From Sphaerodactylus townsendi (taxonomy: Eukaryota), in NCBI RefSeq assembly GCF_021028975.2, contig NC_059433.1, forward strand, positions 90,954,001-91,018,000: DNA of 64,000 bases, written 5' to 3'. The position numbers and the translations under genes were made by a program. Below, piece after piece: positions 25,231-37,180 of the stretch (positions within the stretch are counted from its first letter, which is position 1; every line of letters begins with the position of its first letter). The notes below the pieces were generated by a model. That model was given only the letters and a program-made list of their open reading frames with translations. It did not search any database and had not been told where the DNA came from.

Positions 25231-26374
25231 GTACTAAATTGTTATTCATGCACAGTTTGCTGCAATTTTCAATTTACATCTCTCCCCCCACACCTCAAGG
25301 TTGCCTTGATTAAAACACTGTGTATCAAGGAATCTTGATGCAATCAAAATCACATCAAGATTCCTTTTTGCTTTAATCATTCTTGCAATGATTAAATTGT
25401 AGTGCAAAAATGAACCCCAATACAAAGGAACAGTCATGCCACGATCCCCATTTGGGTTCTGTTTTAATCCATGTACATCAGTGAAGAAAAGAAAAGGCCT
25501 TTGTCACACTGGGGTGTTTTCCACCTTGCCTCCACCCATAGGCAGGATTGTTCCCCAATTCTTCTGTAATTCACTTCTTCTGATCATCTCTCTGGTCAGC
25601 CTTACTAAATATAACCTTCTGAGTTTTTTTATTCAATTGTTTGACCCGGACCCCAAACCACAAATACATAATTGAGTCAATTTAAAGAACTGAGATGCTT
25701 TCCCCTTTTTCTCTCCTGTGTTTGATTTCATAGATTATCATACTAGAGGCTTTTTAAAAGTTCAACCATAAAACATCAACATTTTATTAAACTCCTCTGG
25801 GGAATAGGATAAGGGCAGGGAGAAATTTGGTGAGAAGGAAAGAAGCAGTCTTACATACAAACTAGCAATAAAGAAAAATAATAATAATCATACAATGGAC
25901 TCTAGAAAATTGTTGCTAATCATTTTTGTCATTGTTCATGACACATTAAAATTCAACATGTAAAAGCATTTGCAGGTTGCTACTCCTCCCAGGGCAAGAA
26001 ATACTCTTTCCCTCCAATACCACATGTCTTTACAGAGGCACATCTGAACTCTCTAGTAACTAGTTCCAAGAATCCCCCTAGTTAATCCTGTCAGCAGCTC
26101 AGACTGAGTTCTAAGCTCCACCCACTCCCAGCATGTCACTCACAGACATGGCTCTGTAAAGAATTGACCCTTCATAGTCAAGTTTTTATCTGTCTCTTGC
26201 ATGGTCCTATTTGAAGTAGCATTATATGGAATGGAATTTTTATATGCTATTTTCCTTAGGTTCATAAGTTGGAACTTGTAGTGGTCTAAACATAGTTTAT
26301 AAGTTAAAAATGAAAGAATGGTAGATATTTTAATACACTGGTGTATTAGGATGTAGGTGGCATTCTAAAGACTA

Positions 26375-26516
26375 GGTCCCCTTCCGCACATGCATAATAA
26401 TGCACCGTCAGTTTACTTTCACAATTGTTTGAAAGTGGATTTTGCTATCCCACACAGCTGCAAAGTACTTTGAAAGTGGATTGAAAGTGCATTATTCTGC
26501 ATGTGCAGAAGGGACC
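26375..26516. mobile_element. Palindromic Harbinger-like MITE
   Basis: TIRs ggtccccttccgcacatgcataataatgcac / gtgcattattctgcatgtgcagaagggacc. Confidence 0.8.
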
Positions 26517-26990
26517 TAGGTCTAGCACTTTGGAACCCTCAAAACTGGAGAGTAGTTCAGATTCAGGGTATTTTGTAAACATCTATTGCCCTAAGCCTTT
26601 GCAGTAGTGAAAGAGTCTATACATTCACAAGTAAATAAATACCATCCAGAATGTCATCATCTCCAAAGGTCAGCAGTTGTTGCAAGACTATCCATTGCAG
26701 TAATCTCAGAAAGCTCTTGAATACAATACCCTGATACTATACTTTCATTGTATTGATACAAGACTGATGCAGTTAGCAACATCCTTTTGTACTACATTTG
26801 CCAGAGCAGTGGTTTTCTACTATTGTAAAAACTGTCCTTTTGCAGTTCCCTTTGATAGATAGGCTTCCAATGATTGAAACAGATCCCATTCAGTTTCTTG
26901 AGGGAAAGATAACAGCTATCAAGAAAAATACCTTCTTTTCTCTGGCCTCAGTTATTATTATTTTGTTTCAGCATTGATCCTGCCATTGGT

Positions 26991-27248
26991 ACAAATACAA
27001 ATGACCTTTATTGGCATGTATAAACATTTAAAACTTTATAAAACATTGGGATAAAATGCCTTTGCTAGAAACTTAGCCACATCTTCAGTTCTTGGACTGT
27101 GATCATTTAAAAGATAGCGAGTCTTGTCCTTATCAGAGTTTAAGTGATCAGTATTCAGGTGGGGATCAATGAAGACTTTTCTTAGGGAGCTATACCGGGT
27201 ACAATATAGCAAGATGTGTGCTATGGTTTATTTTTGCTTGTCAGGGCA
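26991..27248 (-). mobile_element. 5'-truncated RTE-X-like LINE with 14-bp TSD
   Basis: Minus frame CPDKQK*TIAHILLYCTRYSSLRK...YLLND...VAKFL; aataaa plus tttgta tail; TSD atcctgccattggt at 26977-26990 and 27249-27262. Confidence 0.85.
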
Positions 27249-27720
27249 ATCCTGCCATTGGTGTTATCTGCTCTACATACTATAGTGAGGACTGCAAATC
27301 AGGTCAGATTCCTTACTGTTGAAGGAAGTTGGAACTGTGAAATCTCTCCTTGACTTGCAGATGAATCTGAGCTGAATTCCCACCCCCTCAATTCTACAGC
27401 TCAGAAATGAAGCCAGTGTAGGAATGCTTATTCAGCTTATCTTTTTTGGAGAAGAATAGCTGTCTGACTTACTATTTTGCCCCTTGATTTCCCATATTTG
27501 AATTTTTCTTCCCTTCAATTATATGGAGGTTGTACAAACCCCTCTTCTTATATACATTCATGTTAATTTTTTTAAAAGGAACACTGTAACATAGCTATTC
27601 CTGCTCCCCAATTTTACCTCTACCCCATCTGCCCCTTCCATTCAGAGATATAATTAAATGTTGAGCTATTTGTGCTAGGTTAAGGCTTCTAGGAATTTGC
27701 TCATGCAGAACAGCACATAC

Positions 27721-28223
27721 AAACACATGAAACTCCCATTCACAAAATCAGACCACTGGTCTATCAAAAACATCATTGTCTACTCTGACTGACAGCAGAC
27801 CTCTAGGGGCCAAGGTTGAGGTCACATCACCTACTCCGTCACCCAGAGGTTTCCAACCTTTTTGAGCCATGTGGAACTTTGACACAGTATGGTGAGAGCC
27901 AGTCACAAAATGATTCCTTCAGCTTTACTTCAGTATCACTGAGCAGATCTTTGTACTGAGGTGGCAGCTGCCAACAAAGCAACATTTAAGAAAATCTGCA
28001 CAGCCAATCAAATCTCCAATAGTCAGTCAGAAGCTGTGCTCGTCAAATGCCCTATCTATCCCAATCCACTTACTGAAAACCCTTGAGGAGCAGGCACCAT
28101 GGCACCTATAAGCACCATGTTGGGACCCCTGCCCTAACCCTTTCTAATGGAGCTGCCAGGGGTTGAACCTGGGACGTTCTGCATGCAATGCAGATGCTCT
28201 TTCACTGAGCTGCAGCCCATCCC
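27721..28223 (-). mobile_element. Squam2-like SINE split by a hAT MITE
   Basis: Tail part 27721-27843 and head part 28132-28223 (minus strand gggatgggctgcagctcagtg) become contiguous once the MITE is removed. Confidence 0.75.
27844..28131. mobile_element. hAT-Charlie-like MITE
   Basis: TIRs cagaggtttccaacc / tgttgggacccctg; degenerate 8-bp TSD ccgtcacc/ccctaacc. Confidence 0.7.
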
Positions 28224-28653
28224 TATCTTAATTGTACAAAAGAGAAAACAAAGTTGTCCCACAGTTTGTTTGATCTGTGAATGGGACCAAAAGTGATATA
28301 TTGCTTGCAGAACATAAATTTGTGCACAGTGATGTTATATGTATTGGCCATAAGCAAATATCATTTTCCAAAACAGGTTATATAAATTTAATTCTTTAGC
28401 ATGACTACTAGGTTTGAAGATTTCCAGCTTTCTTCTGAAGTTGTGTTTAGTTGCTTTCTTTGGCCACAAGCTTGATAAATATACAATTTATGAAGTAAAC
28501 TCAGTTATCTTGCCAGATTTTAAAATGCTTTACAACAGTGGCATTTGTTTCTTGAAAGAAACCCTTTTTAACCAAATGCTTGAAAAACCAAAAGATTATT
28601 TATTTCTGTCTGTGTCACTTCAGTTTTCAAATATTCACCAATGCCATGATCCG

Positions 28654-28782
28654 GGCAGATTCCACATGGGCCAAAAACAGTGGTGTGAAAATGGTGTAAA
28701 CCCTTTTACACCATTTTAAATCATTTTAAACCATTTTCACACTGTTTTCACACCACTGCTTTTGGCCCATGCAGAATCCGCC
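28654..28782. mobile_element. Palindromic MITE (Harbinger-like)
   Basis: Long TIR ggcagattccacatgggccaaaaacagtggtgtgaaaa / ttttcacaccactgcttttggcccatgcagaatccgcc. Confidence 0.8.
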
Positions 28783-28949
28783 CCAGAGAAGCAATCCAGG
28801 CAAAACATGTTTAGAGACCTTGAAGCAGTTGATTCTTTGTTGATGCTGCTACCAACCGCTTTTTTAGTTGTCCTTAGTTTCAAAAGTGGTTTGCCATGCA
28901 GCTCAGGAAGCTGTTGTCAGAAGAGCCAAACATTCAAAGTCTCCTTATT

Positions 28950-30365
28950 CATGCAAGCCTTTGGGGTTGGGATTGCGTGTTATCAATATGCAGATAACAT
29001 CCAACTTTATATTTAATTATCCAAGCATCCAGTGGTATCTGTCCTGATTATGAACCCGTGCTTTGAAACTGTGGTCAGATGTGTGAGGCAGAACAAACTG
29101 AAGCTGAATTCAGACATCAGAAGTAATGCTGGTCAGGAATGCTGGTATTCTAGAGCAGTGATAGCAAACCTTTTCGAGACCAAGTGCCCAAATTGCAACC
29201 CAAAACCCACTTATTTATTGCAAAGTGCCAACACTGCAATTTAACCAGAACACTGAGGTCTCTGCCTCCTCTGTCTCTCCCCCTCCCCCCCTTGGGCAAC
29301 AGTCACCCAGAGCACAGGCACCAGGCCCGCCAGCCGAGTCCTCCCTGCTCACCGCAGTGTGCGCACCTCATGCCCCGTGGCTCAGGCAAGCCTAGATGTG
29401 TGTGTGTGTGTGGGGGGGGTGTGTGATTTTCCACCCCCACATGACGAACTCTGTGTGTGCGTGCCCACAGAGAGGGCTCTGAGTGCCACCTCTGGCATGC
29501 GTGCCATAGGTTCGCCACCACTGTTCTAGAGGGATGGGATCTACTTATTCAAGATGGAATAATGTTGGCTTTTTCATAGCAGGCTAACAGTTGGAGGTTG
29601 CTCATGGGACTTGCCTTGCTGTTTGAAAAGCAGGTTGGCATGGTGGCCTGGAGCACCTTCTATCAGCAGCATCTGATCTGCCAATTTTCTCATTACCTAG
29701 ACTTACCTGATCTGGTCACTATGATCATGGTTTGCTAACCTCAGGGCTAGGTTGCTGCAATGTGTTCTATGTGGGGGTGTCCTTGAAGACAAGCCAAAAC
29801 TACAAGTGATCCAGAATGCGACAGCTCAACTGCTGTTCGGAGCGAGCTGCCAGAAACATATACTGCCCATTTTTAAACAGACACATTGGCTGCCAGTCTA
29901 TTTCTAGGTTCAATTCAAAGTGATAGTGAAAGTTTTTTTCACAACCTGGGACTCTCAAATTCGAAGGACTATCATCTTCCACATGTCCCTGCACACAGCT
30001 ATGGTCATCAGGCCACCATCTGTTAGCTATTCTACTGCTGAAAGTGACTTGTCTGGATTAGACTAGACTAGACCCTGGGCCTTTTCTATCATGGCTCTGT
30101 CTATGTGGAATAAACTCTCTGAAGAAGTGAGAGGGCCCCCTCCCTGGAGATTTTCAGGAAGGGCTGCAAGGCTTGCATGTTTGACAAGATTTTGGAGGGG
30201 ATTTAAATGATAGGCATCTTTTAAGGGGATGGTGCGGTAGGGAGGGATGTGAGGCTTGCTATTTGATCTTTGGTTTTATGTGGGGATATTTTTTGTATTA
30301 TTGTATGCCACCTTGAACCAAGGAGATACAAATGTTTCAATAAACTAATAAGTAAATTAATAATA
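28950..30365 (+). mobile_element. L2 LINE ORF2 (RT to C-terminus) remnant plus 3' UTR
   Basis: YQYADNIQLY (YADD motif), RQNKLKLNSD, IQNATAQLL...HILPIFKQTHWLPV..VQFKV; stops and frameshifts; A-rich tail. Confidence 0.85.
29156..29523. mobile_element. Non-autonomous hAT-Charlie element nested in L2
   Basis: TIRs cagtgatagcaaacct / aggttcgccaccactg; perfect 8-bp TSD ttctagag (29148-29155, 29524-29531). Confidence 0.92.
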
Positions 30366-30491
30366 AAATGCTTTGGGCAAATTTAAAGTTATGAGGGAAA
30401 CATGGGTTTCACAATGCAGTATTTCTCGTTACATTGTTGTGCAAGGTCTAGAGGGGACTACACAGAAGAACTTGTGGCACCCTGGTTTTCA

Positions 30492-30832
30492 TCTGCCTTT
30501 ACGATCCTGGCTCCCCTCTGGTGGAACAGGCTCCCTAGAGAGACCAGGGCCCTGCGGGATTTGTCGAGTTTCCGCAGGACCTGCAAAATGGACCTGTTCC
30601 ACCAGGCATTTGGCCAGCTGGGCTGAAGTATGTTCCACTGTCCCAGCCTCCAGTGGGCTCAGGGGGTGGGGTGGGGGGCTTTTTATCGTCATCTGTATCC
30701 TGTTGGTTATTACTGTTTTTATGGTTAATGCTATTATAGTCTAGGTTTTAATATTGTCATTATTCTAATTTATATTAGCCCTCCAGGGGAGGGCGGCTAA
30801 TAAATTGAAAGAAAGAAAGAATAAATAAATAA
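30492..30832 (+). mobile_element. Younger L2 LINE 3' fragment
   Basis: SAFTILAPLWWNRLPRETRALRDLSSFRRTCKMDLFHQAFG, then gggcggctaataaatt and gaaa/taaa tail. Confidence 0.85.
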
Positions 30833-31831
30833 ATGATAAATAAATTCTCACCTAACCACCACGACCACTTAAAAGCACTGGAGCGAGTCTCAGGGACTTC
30901 AGAACTACACAGACTAGAAGAGTTTCAAACCAATCAGAGGGATGTTTGCACTGGCCAAATTCAGAGATCAAAGTACAGTAGAAGAAAAGCCACATACAGT
31001 AGAAGTACAGAAGTAGAAAAACCACATAAAGTAGAAGAAAAACCACATAAGGCACCAATGAGCACAGGAAAGAAGCTGGAACCAGGATGCCTGGGAACAC
31101 CAGATAGGCAGAGCACAGGACAGATTGCTAAAGGGTTCTGGCATCAATTATAAGAGTCAAGAAAGAATAGAATACAAAGAATTTGATTTTTTTTGTGCTT
31201 CAAAAGAGAAGAGAATCCTGCTGTGCTCAGAGGAGAGCTCTCTGATTCTCAGAAGATTTGATGGAGGAAATTCCTGTGGCCTGGGAACTTCTCCAAATAG
31301 GAAATGTAAGGAACTCTTGGGATTAGGAAGAAACATGTTAGAGGTAGTACTGTCAGTGCTCACAAATTATGTTTCATAGGCCTATCTGAGTTGCAGAGCT
31401 GGGTTAGTCACAGAGCTAAGATGGAGAGGGACAGGAAAAGGCCAACGAAGTGAAGGGTTGATGACCACAACAGGCAATACTCAGTATGAACAAGGGGTTT
31501 GAGGCCTCCATGGCCCTTTGACTGAAGGTAACATTTAGGTAATAGTCCCCTTCTCAGGAGCCCATCATGAATTCAGAAGGTAGAAATAACTGGCGAAATA
31601 TAGTTCATTCTCTGGTCTTTGTTGTTCTCTGTACAGGTTGAATCTTGGCAGCTTTTTCATTCAGTCTCACCTAGTTTCTATCGCTACTGCAGTCCCCTTC
31701 CAACATTTCTTTCCAGCATAACAATAGGGTGGTGGTGGTGGTGATGGTGGTGGGGGGGGTTCTTCCTTTTTAACAAGCAGAAAAATTAGTTAGATCCAAA
31801 ACTATATGCATGAGCAACTGTTATGGGCATC

Positions 31832-32403
31832 CTAGTATAGAGCCCCGTTTCCGCAGGCCTCCCACCGTAGCCTCCACGCCCGTGAGAATTCCTTGGCGTG
31901 GATGAAAACAGTTCGCATCCCAGCATGCGTACGGCCCTCAACAGAAAACGACAAGCGGCAGGCTGACTCTCCCGCGCCGGAGCCGCCTCTACCCGTCCCA
32001 CTCACCTTGTCCTGGCCGTCGCCTGATGCCCGTCGAAGCCCAGCCTGCGCTGTCCTCCAAACCCTGGAGGTGAGGAGGGCAGCGTGTGAGCTTTGACGGC
32101 AACCAGGAGACGAAGGCAGCGAGGTGAGTGAAGACGGAACAGGGAGACTAGCGTGTTCCCGGCTGATTCCGCAGCATCGCCGCCCGGAAGACGCTTTCCC
32201 ACTAACAACAACCCTTTAAAGGGTTGTTGTTTAAAACTAAGCGCCGCCCTGGGGGAGGAGGAAGGCAGTCCAGGTCGGCGCTGCTGTGTTGCAGCAGCTT
32301 ACTATCTGTGAAACAGCGGCCTGAAGCTGGCCGTTTTACCCACCGCCAGGCGATGCGTCGTTTTTAACTTTCCATCGCGGGGAAAGGGCCACTTAGTCAA
32401 AGA
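31832..32403 (-). mobile_element. CpG-rich non-autonomous Helitron-like element
   Basis: Minus strand starts a|TCtttgactaa and ends gcctg-cggaaa-cggggc hairpin followed by tctataCTAG; sharp CpG-rich boundaries; no TSD; 3' flank is G rather than the canonical T. Confidence 0.6.
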
Positions 32404-32407
32404 TAAT

Positions 32408-32478
32408 TACCTGTGAAGGGATAGTACCTGTTGGATAGTACCTGTGAAGGGATAGTACTATTGGATAGTACCTGTGAA
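32408..32478. repeat. Short patchwork tandem repeat (~31-bp period)
   Basis: tacctgtgaagggatag-tacctgttggatag / tacctgtgaagggatag-tactattggatag / tacctgtgaa. Confidence 0.9.
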
Positions 32479-34869
32479 ATTATTAATTACAAGGGACCAA
32501 TTTTCTTGACCATGTCTATGCAGTTTTGGGGATCATAACAAGGTGCTCTCAATGTGGAACTTATATACTGTGGTGCAAATGTCTGACTTTTAAAAGCCCA
32601 GATTTGGGATAGTCCTCTCATAAGTTAATAGCAAAGTCTGCTCCTGGCAGATCGCCCCTCCTAAAAGCCAGAATTCACTCAGCACCCTGGTTTTCATTGA
32701 GCTCATTACCACTACTCTTAGAGAGTGCAATCTTGGCTGCCAGTGAATCCCAGTGTGCGGCTTAGATTAATGAATGGCCCTTCTGAGATTTTTATTCATA
32801 AAAGATATTCTGTCCAAGTCAGTTGAATTCAATTGTGATATATTGTGCTTTTTTTGGTATCCTAATGACTTCTCCAAAGGGATCTTTGCCTATGTAGGTT
32901 TCATAAAGTGCATAGCTTGGCCATTGGAAATTAAACATACTGTATTAAAAATGTTCCTGGTATACACTAATCAGCATTTTAAAAAATTCAACCACATTTT
33001 GACGTTTGTGTTATCCACACTTCACTGGAGATTTTTTCAAAGTCATTTATGATTAAAAGACTAATAAAGTGTTTGCTGTGAAGTTGCATAGGTCCCTCTT
33101 GCTTTCCTCTGACCTCCATTCCAAACTTTTACATTTGGCTTGTGTCACTAGCAGGAAATTATTCAGCTATAATTAATGATAGATACAGGAAGTCTGGCTT
33201 TGTATACTTGATGAGAGGCACAAACAATGCAAGTTGTGTAGCTTGTCATGACTCAGCTATTCTGCTAAACAGTTTGTGGTGCCTTCCTGTAGTTTATAGC
33301 TAGCTGTCATTTGCTTCTTGGTAGCAGTTTTTTGAAGGAGGATATTACTCCGTATTTTCCAGTGCACTCCTAAGGATGGATTTCCTCTTATAGTACCACC
33401 TTGCTTGATTCAGAAAGATGGATAACTTTTAGCCAGCAGGGATGACCCAAAGTTTTTCTGGAGAAATTCTACTTGGCTTATAGTTCTCCATTTTATGCCT
33501 AGAAAATAATTACAGGGATACTGAGCAGAACTGTATACTAAGTTATATTGCCAAGTCACAAAGCTAGGCTGTAGGATAGATAAGTCTTATTACTGCAAAC
33601 AGTTTTCTTTCGCGTACACATTTGCAGAAATATTTTTGTGTGTGTCAACAAAATATGATTTTAATACAAAATAATGACAGTCTTTTGTTTGGAAGGAAAT
33701 AGCATTATTTCCCTAAGCGGCTTGTGAATGTTCTGTATTCTGTATCTGCACATAGTGGGAAACTGCCAGGTATTTGCATGAGTAATAAAAAGACTTTGAT
33801 ATGTTATCTCATTAGCATCAGTGAAGCTAAGAACGTAAATACTGTCAGTAGTATCAGACATATTGAAGTTGCCCAGAAGGGGGAAAACACCCACAGAGTG
33901 GCAATTTTCTCATATCTTCTCAGGGTGAAGATGATGTGTTCTGCCAGAGCTGTCCTCATAATTGTTCCTGACATGAAGCCTACTGAAAATCTGACACATT
34001 CTCAGTTTTATTAGCTTAATGAAAAAAAAAATCCAGGTCAGTCCTTCACCGCTATGCTGGTTAGCTTGCAAGTTGCAACATTTAATATAGAGAAGAAGAT
34101 TTTAGAGTTCTTACTCAGATGGTGATTTCACAATGTTCTTTACTGTTACTGACGAACTGTGGAATGACTCACATGTTATAAAGTCCTCATGGTCTCCAGA
34201 TGAGAACTTTAGATTGAGTGTGAGCTGGGAATTCAGTACTTGGAACTTAATTCTCAGGCTGCTATGTGGATTCAGATTGGGACCCGTCCACAGGGAGAGA
34301 GACTCCCACTGTCTTGAGGTGGTCCTTGGAAGCTGCTATTTGCCCCTTTGAGGAAATGTATATGAAGTCCCTCTCCCAGGGAGACAAACAGTGGCTCACT
34401 GAGATGAATTCAAATAGTGTAAAACTTCCAGTGTGCCATGGTCCCAATCCAAACCAAACTCATGCATGCCTAGGAATTAAGTTCCAAAGACAGAACCTTG
34501 AGAACACATCTTATTGAAGGTCCTTGTGGTGGCCACATGAGGAACACAATGACTTTGTAACATAAGAATTGGTGACTGTCCACCCAGAGATATGCCCAAT
34601 ATTAAACTGCTCATTGGACAGATGGGATATCTGACTGAGGCGCCAGGTTTACAGACAGTGCCAGCAGTTCATAGCAGCATATAGCTTCCAGGCACTCCTG
34701 TGGCAACATACCAAGGCCTGTGTCAAATGTACTCATGAGACATTGTGAACAGCAGTGCTTTCAGGGGAACAAATACGTTTCCCAAACTCCACTTTATGCA
34801 CTTTATTTTCTCTTATTAAAGCTTGTTTGCAACATCTTTGGAATATCTTCGTCTTCAATAATCATAACT

Positions 34870-35620
34870 AATTAAGAATCACCTTGGCTATATGGCCTCA
34901 CATCAATGTTACACACACAATCAAATTTGGCTACCTGATGATGTCATGATCGCAATTTAGGATGGGAGGCAATGTTTCCTAAGTAAATCACTGTTTTCAC
35001 AAGAATCATAAACAGCAAACATCACACACTTTAAGAGAAACCAAAGGTCCACTACTTGAGTTACACTGTGATTTTAATACAGAGACCAAAAATTTGGTCC
35101 CATGCAAAATTACTTGTTTGTCTTACTAACCAATAAGTTTTAACTTTTAGATTCCTTTTTAAGCAAGGGAAAAATCAATTTAGCTCTGAAATCTAAAAAT
35201 TTAGGGTAATCTAAAATAACTGATTTATAAGGTCAATTTGGTTAGCATTACATCTGCAGAATCTATTAGGCTAGGAATACTATTAAACCTTCCCAACAAC
35301 ACTGCCAAAGGCAAGGAATTAAAATACACAAGCATAAATGCCTTTATGTACTTTGAAAGAGATAAATCAAAGTGGTAGTTTGCCATTTTTATTGGAGAAG
35401 AATACCAACTGAAGAGGATGAACTTACTCTGTAAGCTCTAAGCAACATACTTCTATAATTAAGACCCCTCAAACATCTTTTAATTGACTGACTCGTTTGC
35501 AGTTATTTCTATCATATCATAGGTGATGCCCAAACATAACAATTTGAGTTCCAAGTTTTTGTACCAAACACCAAAAGATTAAACAATTTGCAAGTGATTC
35601 TTTGCAGTAGGTCTTTTTAA
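34870..35620 (-). mobile_element. RTE-X-like LINE remnant A
   Basis: Minus-strand degenerate frame YIKAFMLVYFNSLPLAVLLGRFNSIP..RFCRC...FRAKLIFPLL. Confidence 0.65.
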
Positions 35621-35819
35621 TGACCCAAGTCATCTGGTTATTGGGATAGTATATTATTAAGGAAATCAAGGTGTGTTGGATCATTTGATAGCATAAGATT
35701 AATTGATTTACTGTGAAATGATTTTAATCTAGCTGTTCTGTTTTTCACCATCACTTTTGGGCTTAAAACGTGCAACTCTGTTATGCGATTGTGGTAGTCA
35801 ACCCATATTATTTATTACT

Positions 35820-36470
35820 AGAAGTTATCACAACAATATACCAATAAAACATAACAATTGAAAGAATCAGCTCTGTTCTTTTAGCAACCATGTTGGACTT
35901 AATTTTCTTCTCTGCCAGGGCATATAGAGGAGTTCTGTGAGAGATGTACTTGTCAGAATCTGGTGACAAAAACATCAGTTTGTCAGCAAATTAGAGTTGG
36001 TATTTAAACCAGAAATCATTCCAACAAGAAATTTAGCCCTGGGTTCTACATACAACAGACACTCAAATATATAACGGGGTAGGTCCTCCAGTGTTAGAGA
36101 TCCACAGATACAAAAGTGTTGGTCTTTTGGCATTTGACAATAGCATCTGGCCAAAAAAGACATGGAATTGTTTGAAAGCAGAAAGACTTGAAGATTATGA
36201 TTTGAAATATTGATTAAGTGGAAAGCTCTGAGATGATCATTTTAAAATAATTTAAACCATGGAACAGTCACCAATTTCAAGATTAGTTACCTACCAAGGC
36301 ATCAAATGTATTCAGTCTCTAAGTTGGGTGTTGACTGCTGATGATGACCCTAGAAAGTCATCTGAGTATTGGGATAATATATTATTAAAGAAATCAGAGT
36401 GTGTTGGATCATTTTATAGCATAAGATTAATTGATTTACTGCTAAATGATTTTTAGTCTAGCTTCTCTGT
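35820..36470 (-). mobile_element. RTE-X-like LINE remnant B
   Basis: ORF 35975-36163 FCICGSLTLEDLPRYIFECLLYVEPRAKFL followed in another frame by DKLMFLSPDSDKYISHRTPLYALAEKKIK. Confidence 0.75.
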
Positions 36471-36946
36471 TCCCCCCCCCCCATAATTTTAGAACATCTG
36501 GATGTGCACATACCCTAAGAAAAGGGAGTGCAGTTTCTGTTCTCATCAGGGCAGCCAGGGGTCCTTTGGGGAGGACTAGAATATTTCTTTGAATTTGATT
36601 TTGAATTTCTAAATTAGCTAACGGGTCCTCTTTCCATCCCCACACTTCCTCTCCATATAGGAGGTGAGGGACAACCTTTCTTTTTATATAATTTTAAGAC
36701 AGGGTCGACAAAGAAGCCTCCCTTTATAAAGAAATCCCCCCCCCCTTGAATGGATTCCACTATACTTAATGCAGAAGGTCTGCTTAAGTTTAAGGTCTCC
36801 TTAACTCCAAGGTATTTAGCGGAACTGCACTTCTTATTTGGGTTGTGACAAAGCTGTGGTGTGAAATGTGTTGGGACCGTGAATGAAATAAAAATTCTTT
36901 TTTCACTATTCCAAGGTTTTCAGCATGCCCAGCATGCCCACTTCCC

Positions 36947-37180
36947 ACAGATTTATGGAGGAGAAGTCGATTTATGGCTACCAATCTTGATCCTCTTTGA
37001 TCTGAGATTGCAAATACCTTAACAGACCAGGTGATTGGGAGCAGCAGCAGCAGAAGGCCATTGCTTTCACATCCTGCATGTGAGCTCCCAATGGCACCTG
37101 GTGGGCCTTCGAGTAGCAGAGAGCTGGACTAGATGGACTCTGGTCTGATCCAGCTGGCTTGTTCTTATGTTCTTATGTTC
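36947..37180 (+). mobile_element. Young CR1 3' end
   Basis: Near-identical to 57678-57910; ends in gttcttat repeats. Confidence 0.92.

Noticed and set aside
31832-32403. CpG island as a gene promoter
   Set aside because: Its boundaries coincide with Helitron-like termini and no exon or gene can be linked to it; treated as a mobile element
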